Below, piece by piece: positions 10,723 to 24,300 of a DNA stretch of 64,000 bases (within the stretch, counting starts at the first letter, position 1; every line of letters begins with the position of its first letter). Source of the DNA: the human T2T-CHM13v2.0 reference genome, Homo sapiens; assembly GCF_009914755.1 (NCBI RefSeq), contig NC_060948.1. One strand, written 5' to 3'. A program made the translations under genes and the position numbers. Under the pieces are notes generated by a model. The model made no database searches. It saw only the letters and a program-made list of their open reading frames with translations, and was not told where the DNA came from.

Positions 10723-13700
10723 TGGAATCTAATGGAATGGAATTAAATGGAAATGAATCAAATTGAATAGCACGGAATTGAATTGAATGGAATGGAATGC
10801 AATGGAATCTAATGAAACGGAAAGGAAAGGAATGGAATGGAATGGAATGGGCTGGAATGGAAAGGAATCGAAACGAATGGAATGGAATCGAACTGAAGAG
10901 ACTGGAATGGAATGCACTGGAATGGAAGGGAGTGTAATGGAAGGTTCTCGAAAAAAATGGAATCGAATGGAATGGAATTGAATGGAACGGAATAGAGTCG
11001 AATGGAATTGAATGGAATGGAATGGACTAGAGTGAAATGGAATCGAACCACAAGGAATGGACAGGAATAGAATGGTCTCGAATTGAATGGAATCGTATGG
11101 AATGGCATCAAACGGAATGGAATGGACAGCCACGGAATGGAATGCACTCGAATGCAATGGAGTCGAAACAAATGGACTGGAATAGAATGGACTCGACTGG
11201 TACGGACTCCAATGGAATGGAATCGAACGGAAGGGAATCGAACGGAATGGACTCGAAGGGAAAAGACTGCAATGGAAAGGTCTCGAATGGAATGGAAATT
11301 AATGGAATGGAATGGAATCGAATGAAATGGAGTCAAAAGGAATGGAATCGAATGGCAAGAAATCGAATGTAATGGAATCGCAAGGAATTGATGTGAACGG
11401 AACGGAATGGAATGGAATCCAAAGGAATGGAATAGAATGGAATGGAATCGAATGGAAAGGACTCGAATGGAAATCACTCGAATAGAATGCAATTTAATAA
11501 AATAGGATCAAATGTAATGGAATGGAATGGAAAGGAATCGAAACGAAAGGAATGGAGACAGATGGAATGGAATGGAACAGAGAGCAATGGTATAGAATGG
11601 AATGGAATCATCTGGAATGGAATTGAATGGAATGGAATAATATGAAATGGAATGGAATGGAATGGAATGGAATGCCCTTGAATTAAATGGACTGGAATGG
11701 AATGGACTCAAACAGAGTGGAATGGAAAGTTTGGAGGTAGAATGGAATGAACTCCTTTGGAATGGACTAGTAGGCAATGCAATCGACTGGCAGGGAATCA
11801 AAAGGAATGTAATCGAATGGATTGGACTGGAATGCAATGGACTCGAATAGATTGGAAACGGAATGCAAAGAATGGAATGGAATAGTATGGAATGGAATGG
11901 AAAGGAATGGAGTGGAATAGACTAGAGTGGAATGGAATGGACTGGAAAGCAATGGACTGGAATGGAACTTTCTTGAATGGACTGGAATCAAACGGAATGG
12001 AATGCAATGCAATCAAATGGCATGGAATAAAATAGAATGAAAGAGAATCAAATGGAATTGAATCGAATGGAATCGAATGGATTGGAAAGGAACAGAATGG
12101 AATGGAATGGAATTGACTCAAATGGAATGGACTAGAATGGAATGGATTCGAATGGAAGGCAAAGGAATGGAATCTATTGGAATGGACTGTAATGGAATGG
12201 AATGGAAGGGATTGGAATGGACTCGAATGGAATGGACTGTAATAGAAAGGATTCGAATGGAATGAAAAAGAATTGAATGGAATAGAACAGAATGGAATCA
12301 AATCGAATGAAATGGAATGGAATAGAAAGGAATGGAATGAAATGGAATGGAAAGGATTCGAATGGAATGCAATCGAATGGAATGGAATCGAACGGAATGG
12401 AATAAAATGGAAGAAAACTGGCAAGAAATGGAATCGAAATGAATGGAGTGTTATGGAACGGACTCAAAAGGAATTGAATGTAATAGAATGGAGTGGAGTG
12501 GACTCGAATATAATGGACTGGAATGGAATGAAATCACATGGAATGGGAACGAATGGAATGGAATGGAAAGGAATGGAATCGAATGGAAAGGAATCGAATG
12601 GAAGGGAATGAAATTGAATCAACAGGAATGGAAGGGAATAGAATAGACGGTAATGGAATGGACTCGAATAGAATGGACACGAATGCTCAAATTAAATGGA
12701 CTCGAATGGAATGGAAACGAAAGGAATGTCATCGAATGGAATTGAATCGATTGGAATGAAATCGCATAGAATGGAGTGGAATCAAATGGAATTGAATCGA
12801 AAGGAAAGGAAGCGAATGGACTGAAATGAAATGGAATGGAATTGAATGGAAAGTAATGCAATGGAATAGAATGGAACGAAATTTCACGGAATGGAATCAA
12901 ACTGAATGGAATCAAATCAATGGAATCAAATCAAATGGAATGGAAAGGAATTGAATGGAGTAGATGGGATTGGATGGGATTGGAATGAAATGTACTGGAA
13001 AGGACTCGAATTTCATGAAACGGAATGGAATGAATTGGAACGGAATGGACTCGAATGGAATGGAATGTCATGGGATGGCATCAAACGGAATGGCATCAAA
13101 TGGAATGGAATCGAATGCAATGGAATGCTATGGAATGGAATGGAATGCATTGGAATGGAATGTCCTCTAATTGAATGGATTCGAGTGGAATGGAATTGAA
13201 TATAATGGAGTCGAATGAAATGGAATTGAAAGGAATGGGATCGAATACAATGGAATATACTGGAATGTAACGTAATGAACTCGAATGTAATTGACTGGAA
13301 TGGAATGTACATGAATGGAATGTAATCGAATGGAAAGTAATCCAATGGAATAGAATCTAATGCAATAAAATCGACTCAGATAGAGTAGAATGTAATGGAA
13401 TGGAGTGCAGTGCAATGGAATGGAATGGAATGGAATGCAATGGAATGGAATGGAATGGAATGGGATGGAATGGTATGGAATGGATAGTAATGGACTGGAG
13501 TGAAATGGACTGGAAAGGAATGGACTCAAATTGAAAGGGCACGAAAGGAATGGAGTCAAATGGAATGGTCTGGAATGGAATGAACACGAATGTAATGCAA
13601 CCCAATAGAATGGAATCGAATGGCATGGAATATAAAGAAATGGAATCGAAGAGAATGGAAACAAATGGAATGGAATTGAATGGAATGGGAACGAATGGAG

Positions 13701-14250
13701 TGAAATTGTATGCAGTAGAAGTGAATAGAATGGAATGCAAGCGAAAGGAAAGGAATGGATTGGAATGGAATGGAATTCATTGGAATGGAAGGGAATGTAT
13801 TGTAATGGACAGGCCTGGAATAAAGTGGAATGCTACGGTCTCGAATGGAATAAAAATGTATGGAATGGAATGCAATGAAACGGAATCGAATGTCATAGAA
13901 TGTAATGGAATGCAAAAAAATGGAATCCAAAATCATTGACTGGAAAGGCTGGGTGTCGAAAGGAATTGACTCCAATGGAATGGAATCGAATGGAATGGAA
14001 GTGAATAGAATCGAACTAAATCGAATGGAATGGAATTGATAGGAACGGAATGGAAAGGAATGCAATGATTTGGCATGGAATGGAATCGAATGGCATCGAA
14101 TGGAATGGAATGGAATGCAATGGAATGGAATGTATTAGAATGGAATGAACTTTAATGGAATGTACTCGAATGGATTCGACTGGAATGGAATGTTCTGGAA
14201 GTGAATGGACTCCAATGGAATGGATTCAAAAGGAATGGAATCGTACGGAA
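10723..14250 (+). repeat. DYZ1 unit 4 (3528 bp, B-type from ~11.2 kb)
   Basis: Both 15-bp blocks single, 1-bp deletion at ~11870, 9-pentamer tract. Confidence 0.93.
11964..11978. promoter_or_regulatory. Haplotype-specific heat-shock element motif 3 (gGAActTTCttGAAt), first perfect copy; A-type units have ...TTCttGGA
   Basis: Exact consensus match in units 4, 5, 10, 12, 13, 14, 15, 17, 18; one mismatch in the others. Confidence 0.45.
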
Positions 14251-17200
14251 TGGAATCTAATGGAATGGAATTAAATGGAAATGAATCAAATTGAATAGCA
14301 CGGAATTGAATTGAATGGAATGGAATGCAATGGAATCTAATGAAACGGAAAGGAAAGGAATGGAATGGAATGGAATGGGCTGGAATGGAAAGGAATCGAA
14401 ACGAATGGAATGGAATCGAACTGAAGAGACTGGAATGGAATGCACTGGAATGGAAGGGAGTGTAATGGAAAGTTCTCGAAAAAAATGGAATCGAATGGAA
14501 TGGAATTGAATGGAACGGAATAGAGTCGAATGGAATTGAATGGAATGGAATGGACTAGAGTGAAATGGAATCGAACCACAAGGAATGGACAGGAATAGAA
14601 TGGTCTCGAATTGAATGGAATCGTATGGAATGGCATCAAACGGAATGGAATGGACAGCCACGGAATGGAATGCACTCGAATGCAATGAAGTCGAAACTAA
14701 CGGACTGGAATAGAATGGACTCGACTGGTACGGACTCCAATGGAATGGAATCGAATGGAAGGGAATCGAACGGAAGGGAATCGAACGGAATGGACTCGAA
14801 GGGAAAAGACTGCAATGGAAAGGTCTCGAATGGAATGGAAATTAATGGAATGGAATGGAATCGAATGAAATGGAGTCAAAAGGAATGGAATCGAATGGCA
14901 AGAAATCGAATGTAATGGAATCGCAAGGAATTGATGTGAACGGAACGGAATGGAATGGAATCCAAAGGAATGGAATAGAATGGAATGGAATCGAATGGAA
15001 AGGACTCGAATGGAAATCACTCGAATAGAATGCAATTTAATAAAATAGGATCAAATGTAATGGAATGGAATGGAAAGGAATCGAAACGAAAGGAATGGAG
15101 ACAGATGGAATGGAATGGAACAGAGAGCAATGGTATAGAATGGAATGGAATCATCTGGAATGGAATTGAATGGAATGGAATAATATGAAATGGAATGGAA
15201 TGGAATGGAATGGAATGCCCTTGAATTAAATGGACTGGAATGGAATGGACTCAAACAGAGTGGAATGGAAAGTGTGGAGGTAGAATGGAATGAACTCCTT
15301 TGGAATGGACTAGTAGGCAATGCAATCGACTGGCAGGGAATCAAAAGGAATGTAATCGAATGGATTGGACTGGAATGCAATGGACTCGAATAGATTGGAA
15401 ACGGAATGCAAAGAATGGAATGGAATAGTATGGAATGGAATGGAAAGGAATGGAGTGGAATAGACTAGAGTGGAATGGAATGGACTGGAAAGCAATGGAC
15501 TGGAATGGAACTTTCTTGAATGGACTGGAATCAAACGGAATGGAATGCAATGCAATCAAATGGCATGGAATAAAATAGAATGAAAGAGAATCAAATGGAA
15601 TTGAATCGAATGGAATCGAATGGATTGGAAAGGAATAGAATGGAATGGAATGGAATTGACTCAAATGGAATGGACTAGAATGGAATGGATTCGAATGGAA
15701 GGCAAAGGAATGGAATCTATTGGAATGGACTGTAATGGAATGGAATGGAAGGGATTGGAATGGACTCGAATGGAATGGACTGCAATAGAAAGGATTCGAA
15801 TGGAATGAAAAAGAATTGAATGGAATAGAACAGAATGGAATCAAATCGAATGAAATGGAATGGAATAGAAAGGAATGGAATGAAATGGAATGGAAAGGAT
15901 TCGAATGGAATGCAATCGAATGGAATGGAATCGAACGGAATGGAATAAAATGGAAGAAAACTGGCAAGAAATGGAATCGAAATGAATGGAGTGTTATGGA
16001 ACGGACTCAAAAGGAATTGAATGTAATAGAATGGAGTGGAGTGGACTCGAATATAATGGACTGGAATGGAATGAAATCACATGGAATGGGAACGAATGGA
16101 ATGGAATGGAAAGGAATGGAATCGAATGGAAAGGAATCGAATGGAAGGGAATGAAATTGAATCAACAGGAATGGAAGGGAATAGAATAGACGGTAATGGA
16201 ATGGACTCGAATAGAATGGACACGAATGCTCAAATTAAATGGACTCGAATGGAATGGAAACGAAAGGAATGTCATCGAATGGAATTGAATCGATTGGAAT
16301 GAAATCGCATAGAATGGAGTGGAATCAAATGGAATTGAATCGAAAGGAAAGGAAGCGAATGGACTGAAATGAAATGGAATGGAATTGAATGGAAAATAAT
16401 GCAATGGAATAGAATGGAACGAAATTTCACGGAATGGAATCAAACTGAATGGAATCAAATCAATGGAATCAAATCAAATGGAATGGAAAGGAATTGAATG
16501 GAGTAGATGGGATTGGATGGGATTGGAATGAAATGTACTGGAAAGGACTCGAATTTCATGAAACGGAATGGAATGAATTGGAACGGAATGGACTCGAATG
16601 GAATGGAATGTCATGGGATGGCATCAAACGGAATGGCATCAAATGGAATGGAATCGAATGCAATGGAATGCTATGGAATGGAATGGAATGCATTGGAATG
16701 GAATGTCCTCTAATGGAATGGATTCGAGTGGAATGGAATTGAATATAATGGAGTCGAATGAAATGGAATTGAAAGGAATGGGATCGAATACAATGGAATA
16801 TACTGGAATGTAACGTAATGAACTCGAATGTAATTGACTGGAATGGAATGTACATGAATGGAATGTAATCGAATGGAAAGTAATCCAATGGAATAGAATC
16901 TAATGCAATAAAATCGACTCAGATAGAGTAGAATGTAATGGAATGGAGTGCAGTGCAATGGAATGGAATGGAATGGAATGCAATGGAATGGAATGGAATG
17001 GAATGGGATGGAATGGTATGGAATGGATAGTAATGGACTGGAGTGAAATGGAGTGGGAAGGAATGGACACAAATTGAAAGGGCACGAAAGGAATGGAGTC
17101 AAATGGAATGGTCTGGAATGGAATGAACACGAATGTAATGCAACCCAATAGAATGGAATCGAATGGCATGGAATATAAAGAAATGGAATCGAAGAGAATG

Positions 17201-17793
17201 GAAACAAATGGAATGGAATTGAATGGAATGGGAACGAATGGAGTGAAATTGTATGCAGTAGAAGTGAATAGAATGGAATGCAAGCGAAAGGAAAGGAATG
17301 GATTGGAATGGAATGGAATTCATTGGAATGGAAGGGAATGTAGTGTAATGGACAGGCCTGGAATAAAGTGGAATGCTACGGTCTCGAATGGAATAAAAAT
17401 GTATGGAATGGAATGCAATGAAACGGAATCGAATGTCATAGAATGTAATGGAATGCAAAAAAATGGAATCCAAAATCATTGACTGGAAAGGCTGGGTGTC
17501 GAAAGGAATTGACTCCAATGGAATGGAATCGAATGGAATGGAAGTGAATAGAATCGAACTAAATCGAATGGAATGGAATTGATAGGAACGGAATGGAAAG
17601 GAATGCAATGATTTGGCATGGAATGGAATCGAATGGCATCGAATGGAATGGAATGGAATGCAATGGAATGGAATGTATTAGAATGTAATGAACTTTAATG
17701 GAATGTACTCGAATGGATTCGACTGGAATGGAATGTTCTGGAAGTGAATGGACTCCAATGGAATGGATTCAAAAGGAATGGAATCGTACGGAA
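14251..17793 (+). repeat. DYZ1 unit 5 (3543 bp, B-type)
   Basis: 1-bp deletion, 9-pentamer tract, ACTAGT variant. Confidence 0.93.
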
Positions 17794-20700
17794 TGGAATC
17801 TAATGGAATGCAATTAAATGGAAATGAATCAAATTGAATAGCACGGAATTGAATTGAATGGAATGGAATGCAATGGAATCTAATGAAACGGAAAGGAAAG
17901 GAATGGAATGGAATGGAATGGGCTGGAATGGAAAGGAATCGAAACGAATGGAATGGAATCGAACTGAAGAGACTGGAATGGAATGCACTGGAATGGAAGG
18001 GAGTGTAATGGAAGGTTGTCGAAAAAAATGGAATCGAATGGAATGGAATTGAATGGAACGGAATAGAGTCGAATGGAATTGAATGGAATGGAATGGACTA
18101 GAGTGAAATGGAATCGAACCACAAGGAATGGACAGGAATAGAATGGTCTCGAATTGAATGGAATCGTATGGAATGGCATCAAACGGAATGGAATGGACAG
18201 CCACGGAATGGAATGCACTCGAATGCAATGGAGTCGAAACTAATGGACTGGAATAGAATGGACTCGACTGGTACGGACTCCAATGGAATGGAATCGAATG
18301 GAAGGGAATCGAACGGAAGGGAATCGAACGGAATGGACTCGAAGGGAAAAGACTGCAATGGAAAGGTCTCGAATGGAATGGAAATTAATGGAATGGAATG
18401 GAATCGAATGAAATGGAGTCAAAAGGAATGGAATCGAATGGCAAGAAATCTAATGTAATGGAATCGCCAGGAATTGATGTGAACGGAACGGAATGGAATG
18501 GAATCCAAAGGAATGGAATAGAATGGAATGGAATCGAATGGAAAGGACTCGAATGGAAATCACTCGAATAGAATGCAATTTAATAAAATAGGATCAAATG
18601 TAATGGAATGGAATGGAAAGGAATCGAAACGAAAGGAATGGAGACAGATGGAATGGAATGGAACAGAGAGCAATGGTATAGAATGGAATGGAATCATCTG
18701 GAATGGAATTGAATGGAATGGAATAATATGAAATGGAATGGAATGGAATGGAGTGGAATGCCCTTGAATTAAATGGACTGGAATGGAATGGACTCAAACA
18801 GAGTGGAATGGAAAGTGTGGAGATAGAATGGAATGAACTCCTTTGGAATGGTGTAGTACGCAATGCAATCGACTGGCAGGGAATCAAAAGAAATGTAATC
18901 GAATGGATTGGACTGGAATGCAATGGACTCGAATAGATTGGAAACGGAATGCAAAGGAATGGAATGGAATAGTATGGAATGCAATGGAAGGGAATGGAGT
19001 TGAATAGACTAGAGTGGAATGGAATGGACTGGAAAGCAATGGACTGGAATGGAACTTTCTTGGATGGACTGGAATCAAACGGAATGGAATGCAATGCAAT
19101 CAAATGGCATGGAATAAAATAGAATGAAAGAGAATCAAATGGAATTGAATCGAATGGAATCGAATGGATTGGAAAGGAATAGAATGGAATGGAATGGAAT
19201 TGACTCAAATGGAATGGACTAGAATGGAATGGATTCGAATGGAAGGCAAAGGAATGGAATCTATTGGAATGGACTGTAATGGAATGGAATGGAAGGGATT
19301 GGAATGGACTCGAATGGAATGGACTGCAATAGAAAGGATTCGAATGGAATGAAAAAGAATTGAATGGAATAGAACAGAATGGAATCAAATCGAATGAAAT
19401 GGAATGGAATAGAAAGGAATGGAATGAAATGGAATGGAAAGGATTCGAATGGAATGCAATCGAATGGAATGGAATCGAACGGAATGGAATAAAATGGAAG
19501 AAAACTGGCAAGAAATGGAATCGAAATGAATGGAGTGTTATGGAACGGACTCAAAAGGAATTGAATGTAATAGAATGGAGTGGAGTGGACTCGAATATAA
19601 TGGACTGGAATGGAATGAAATCACATGGAATGGGAACGAATGGAATGGAATGGAAAGGAATGGAATCGAATGGAAAGGAATCGAATGGAAGGGAATGAAA
19701 TTGAATCAACACGAATGGAAGGGAATAGAATAGACTGTAATGGAATGGACTCGAATAGAATGGACACGAATGCTCAAATTAAATGGACTCGAATGGAATG
19801 GAAACGAAAGGAATGTCATCGAATGGAATTGAATCGATTGGAATGAAATCGCATAGAATGGAGTGGAATCAAATGGAATTGAATCGAAAGGAAAGGAAGC
19901 GAATGGACTGAAATGAAATGGAATGGAATTGAATGGAAAGTAATGCAATGGAATAGAATGGAACGAAATTTCACGGAATGGAATCAAACTGAATGGAATC
20001 AAATCAATGGAATCAAATCAAATGGAATGGAAAGGAATTGAATGGAGTAGATGGGATTGGATGGGATTGGAATGAAATGTACTGGAAAGGACTCGAATTT
20101 CATGAAACGGAATGGAATGAATTGGAACGGAATGGACTCGAATGGAATGGAATGTCATGGGATGGCATCAAATGGAATGGCATCAAATGGAATGGAATCG
20201 AATGCAATGGAATGCTATGGAATGGAATGGAATGCATTGGAATGGAATGTCCTCTAATGGAATGGATTCGAGTGGAATGGAATTGAATATAATGGAGTCG
20301 AATGAAATGGAATTGAAAGGAATGGGATCGAATACAATGGAATATACTGGAATGTAACGTAATGAACTCGAATGTAATTGACTGGAATGGAATGTACATG
20401 AATGGAATGTAATCGAATGGAAAGTAATCCAATGGAATAGAATCTAATGCAATAAAATCGACTCAGATAGAGTAGAATGTAATGGAATGGAGTGCAGTGC
20501 AATGGAATGGAATGCAATGGAATGCAATGGAATGGAATGGAATGGAATGGAATGGAATGGGATGGAATGGTATGGAATGGATAGTAATAGACTGGAGTGA
20601 AATGGACTGGAAAGGAATGGACTCAAATTGAAAGGGCTCGAAAGGAATGGAGTCAAATGGAATGGTCTGGAATGGAATGAACACGAATGTAATGCAACCC

Positions 20701-21362
20701 AATAGAATGGAATCGAATGGCATGGAATATAAAGAAATGGAATCGAAGAGAATGGAAACAAATGGAATGGAATTGAATGGAATGGAATTGAATGGAATGG
20801 GAACGAATGGAGTGAAATTGTATGCAGTAGAAGAGAATAGAATGGAATGCAAGCGAAAGGAAAGGAATGGATTGGAATGGAATGGAATTCATTGGAATGG
20901 AAGGGAATGTAGTGTAATGGACAGGCCTGGAATAAAGTGGAATGCTACGGTCTCGAATGGAATAAAAATGTATGGAATGGAATGCAATGAAACGGAATCG
21001 AATGTCATAGAATGTAATGGAATGCAAAAAAATGGAATCCAAAATCATTGACTGGAAAGGCTGGGTGTCGAAAGGAATTGACTCCAATGGAATGGAATCG
21101 AATGGAATGGAAGTGAATAGAATCGAACTAAATCGAATGGAATGGAATTGATAGGAACGGAATGGAAAGGAATGCAATGATTTGGCATGGAATGGAATCG
21201 AATGGCATCGAATGGAATGGAATGGAATGCAATGGAATGGAATGTATTAGAATGTAATGAACTTTAATGGAATGTACTCGAATGGATTCGACTGGAATGG
21301 AATGTTCTGGAAGTGAATGGACTCCAATGGAATGGATTCAAAAGGAATGGAATCGTACGGAA
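17794..21362 (+). repeat. DYZ1 unit 6 (3569 bp, A-type)
   Basis: 11-pentamer tract; GAAGGTTGTC variant at 18011-18020. Confidence 0.93.
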
Positions 21363-24300
21363 TGGAATCTAATGGAATGGAATTAAATGGAAATGAATCA
21401 AATTGAATAGCACGGAATTGAATTGAATGGAATGGAATGCAATGGAATCTAATGAAACGGAAAGGAAAGGAATGGAATGGAATGGAATGGGCTGGAATGG
21501 AAAGGAATCGAAACGAATGGAATGGAATCGAACTGAAGAGACTGGAATGGAATGCACTGGAATGGAAGGGAGTGTAATGGAAGGTTCTCGAAAAAAATGG
21601 AATCGAATGGAATGGAATTGAATGGAACGGAATAGAGTCGAATGGAATTGAATGGAATGGAATGGACTAGAGTGAAATGGAATCGAACCACAAGGAATGG
21701 ACAGGAATAGAATGGTCTCGAATTGAATGGAATCGTATGGAATGGCATCAAACGGAATGGAATGGACAGCCACGGAATGGAATGCACTCGAATGCAATGG
21801 AGTCGAAACAAATGGACTGGAATAGAATGGACTCGACTGGTACGGACTCCAATGGAATGGAATCGAATGGAAGGGAATCGAACGGAAGGGAATCGAACGG
21901 AATGGACTCGAAGGGAAAAGACTGCAATGGAAAGGTCTCGAATGGAATGGAAATTAATGGAATGGAATGCAATCGAATGAAATGGAGTCAAAAGGAATGG
22001 AATCGAATGGCAAGAAATCGAATGTAATGGAATCGCCAGGAATTGATGTGAACGGAACGGAATGGAATGGAATCCAAAGGAATGGAATAGAATGGAATGG
22101 AATCGAATGGAAAGGACTCGAATGGAAATCACTCGAATAGAATGCAATTTAATAAAATAGGATCAAATGTAATGGAATGGAATGGAAAGGAATCGAAACG
22201 AAAGGAATGGAGACAGATGGAATGGAATGGAACAGAGAGCAATGGTATAGAATGGAATGGAATCATCTGGAATGGAATTGAATGGAATGGAATAATATGA
22301 AATGGAATGGAATGGAATGGAATGGAATGCCCTTGAATTAAATGGACTGGAATGGAATGGACTCAAACAGAGTGGAATGGAAAGTGTGGAGATAGAATGG
22401 AATGAACTCCTTTGGAATGGTGTAGTATGCAATGCAATCGACTGGCAGGGAATCAAAAGGAATGTAATCGAATGGATTGGACTGGAATGCAAAGGACTCG
22501 AATAGATTGGAAACGGAATGCAAAGGAATGGAATGGAATAGTATGGAATGCAATGGAAGGGAATGGAGTGGAATAGACTAGAGTGGAATGGAATGGACTG
22601 GAAAGCAATGGACTGGAATGGAACTTTCTTGGATGGACTGGAACCAAACGGAATGGAATGCAATGCAATCAAATGGCATGGAATAAAATAGAATGAAAGA
22701 GAATCAAATGGAATTGAATCGAATGGAATCGAATGGATTGGAAAGGAATAGAATGGAATGGAATGGAATTGACTCAAATGGAATGGACTAGAATGGAATG
22801 GATTCGAATGGAAGGCAAAGGAATGGAATCTATTGGAATGGACTGTAATGGAATGGAATGGAAGGGATTGGAATGGACTCGAATGGAATGGACTGCAATA
22901 GAAAGGATTCGAATGGAATGAAAAAGAATTGAATGGAATAGAACAGAATGGAATCAAATCGAATGAAATGGAATGGAATAGAAAGGAATGGAATGAAATG
23001 GAATGGAAAGGATTCGAATGGAATGCAATCGAATGGAATGGAATCGAACGGAATGGAATAAAATGGAAGAAAACTGGCAAGAAATGGAATCGAAATGAAT
23101 GGAGTGTTATGGAACGGACTCAAAAGGAATTGAATGTAATAGAATGGAGTGGAGTGGACTCGAATATAATGGACTGGAATGGAATGAAATCACATGGAAT
23201 GGGAACGAATGGAATGGAATGGAAAGGAATGGAATCGAATGGAAAGGAATCGAATGGAAGGGAATGAAATTGAATCAACACGAATGGAAGGGAATAGAAT
23301 AGACTGTAATGGAATGGACTCGAATAGAATGGACACGAATGCTCAAATTAAATGGACTCGAATGGAATGGAAACGAAAGGAATGTCATCGAATGGAATTG
23401 AATCGATTGGAATGACATCGCATAGAATGGAGTGGAATCAAATGGAATTGAATCGAAAGGAAAGGAAGCGAATGGACTGAAATGAAATGGAATGGAATTG
23501 AATGGAAAGTAATGCAATGGAATAGAATGGAACGAAATTTCACGGAATGGAATCAAACTGAATGGAATCAAATCAATGGAATCAAATCAAATGGAATGGA
23601 AAGGAATTGAATGGAGTAGATGGGATTGGATGGGATTGGAATGAAATGTACTGGAAAGGACTCGAATTTCATGAAACGGAATGGAATGAATTGGAACGGA
23701 ATGGACTCGAATGGAATGGAATGTCATGGGATGGCATCAAATGGAATGGCATCAAATGGAATGGAATCGAATGCAGTGGAATGCTATGGAATGGAATGGA
23801 ATGCATTGGAATGGAATGTCCTCTAATGGAATGGATTCGAGTGGAATGGAATTGAATATAATGGAGTCGAATGAAATGGAATTGAAAGGAATGGGATCGA
23901 ATACAATGGAATATACTGGAATGTAACGTAATGAACTCGAATGTAATTGACTGGAATGGAATGTACATGAATGGAATGTAATCGAATGGAAAGTAATCCA
24001 ATGGAATAGAATCTAATGCAATAAAATCGACTCAGATAGAGTAGAATGTAATGGAATGGAGTGCAGTGCAATGGAATGGAATGGAATGGAATGCAATGGA
24101 ATGGAATGGAATGGAATGGAATGGAATGGGATGGAATGGTATGGAATGGATAGTAATAGACTGGAGTGAAATGGACTGGAAAGGAATGGACTCAAATTGA
24201 AAGGGCTCGAAAGGAATGGAGTCAAATGGAATGGTCTGGAATGGAATGAACACGAATGTAATGCAACCCAATAGAATGGAATCGAATGGCATGGAATATA

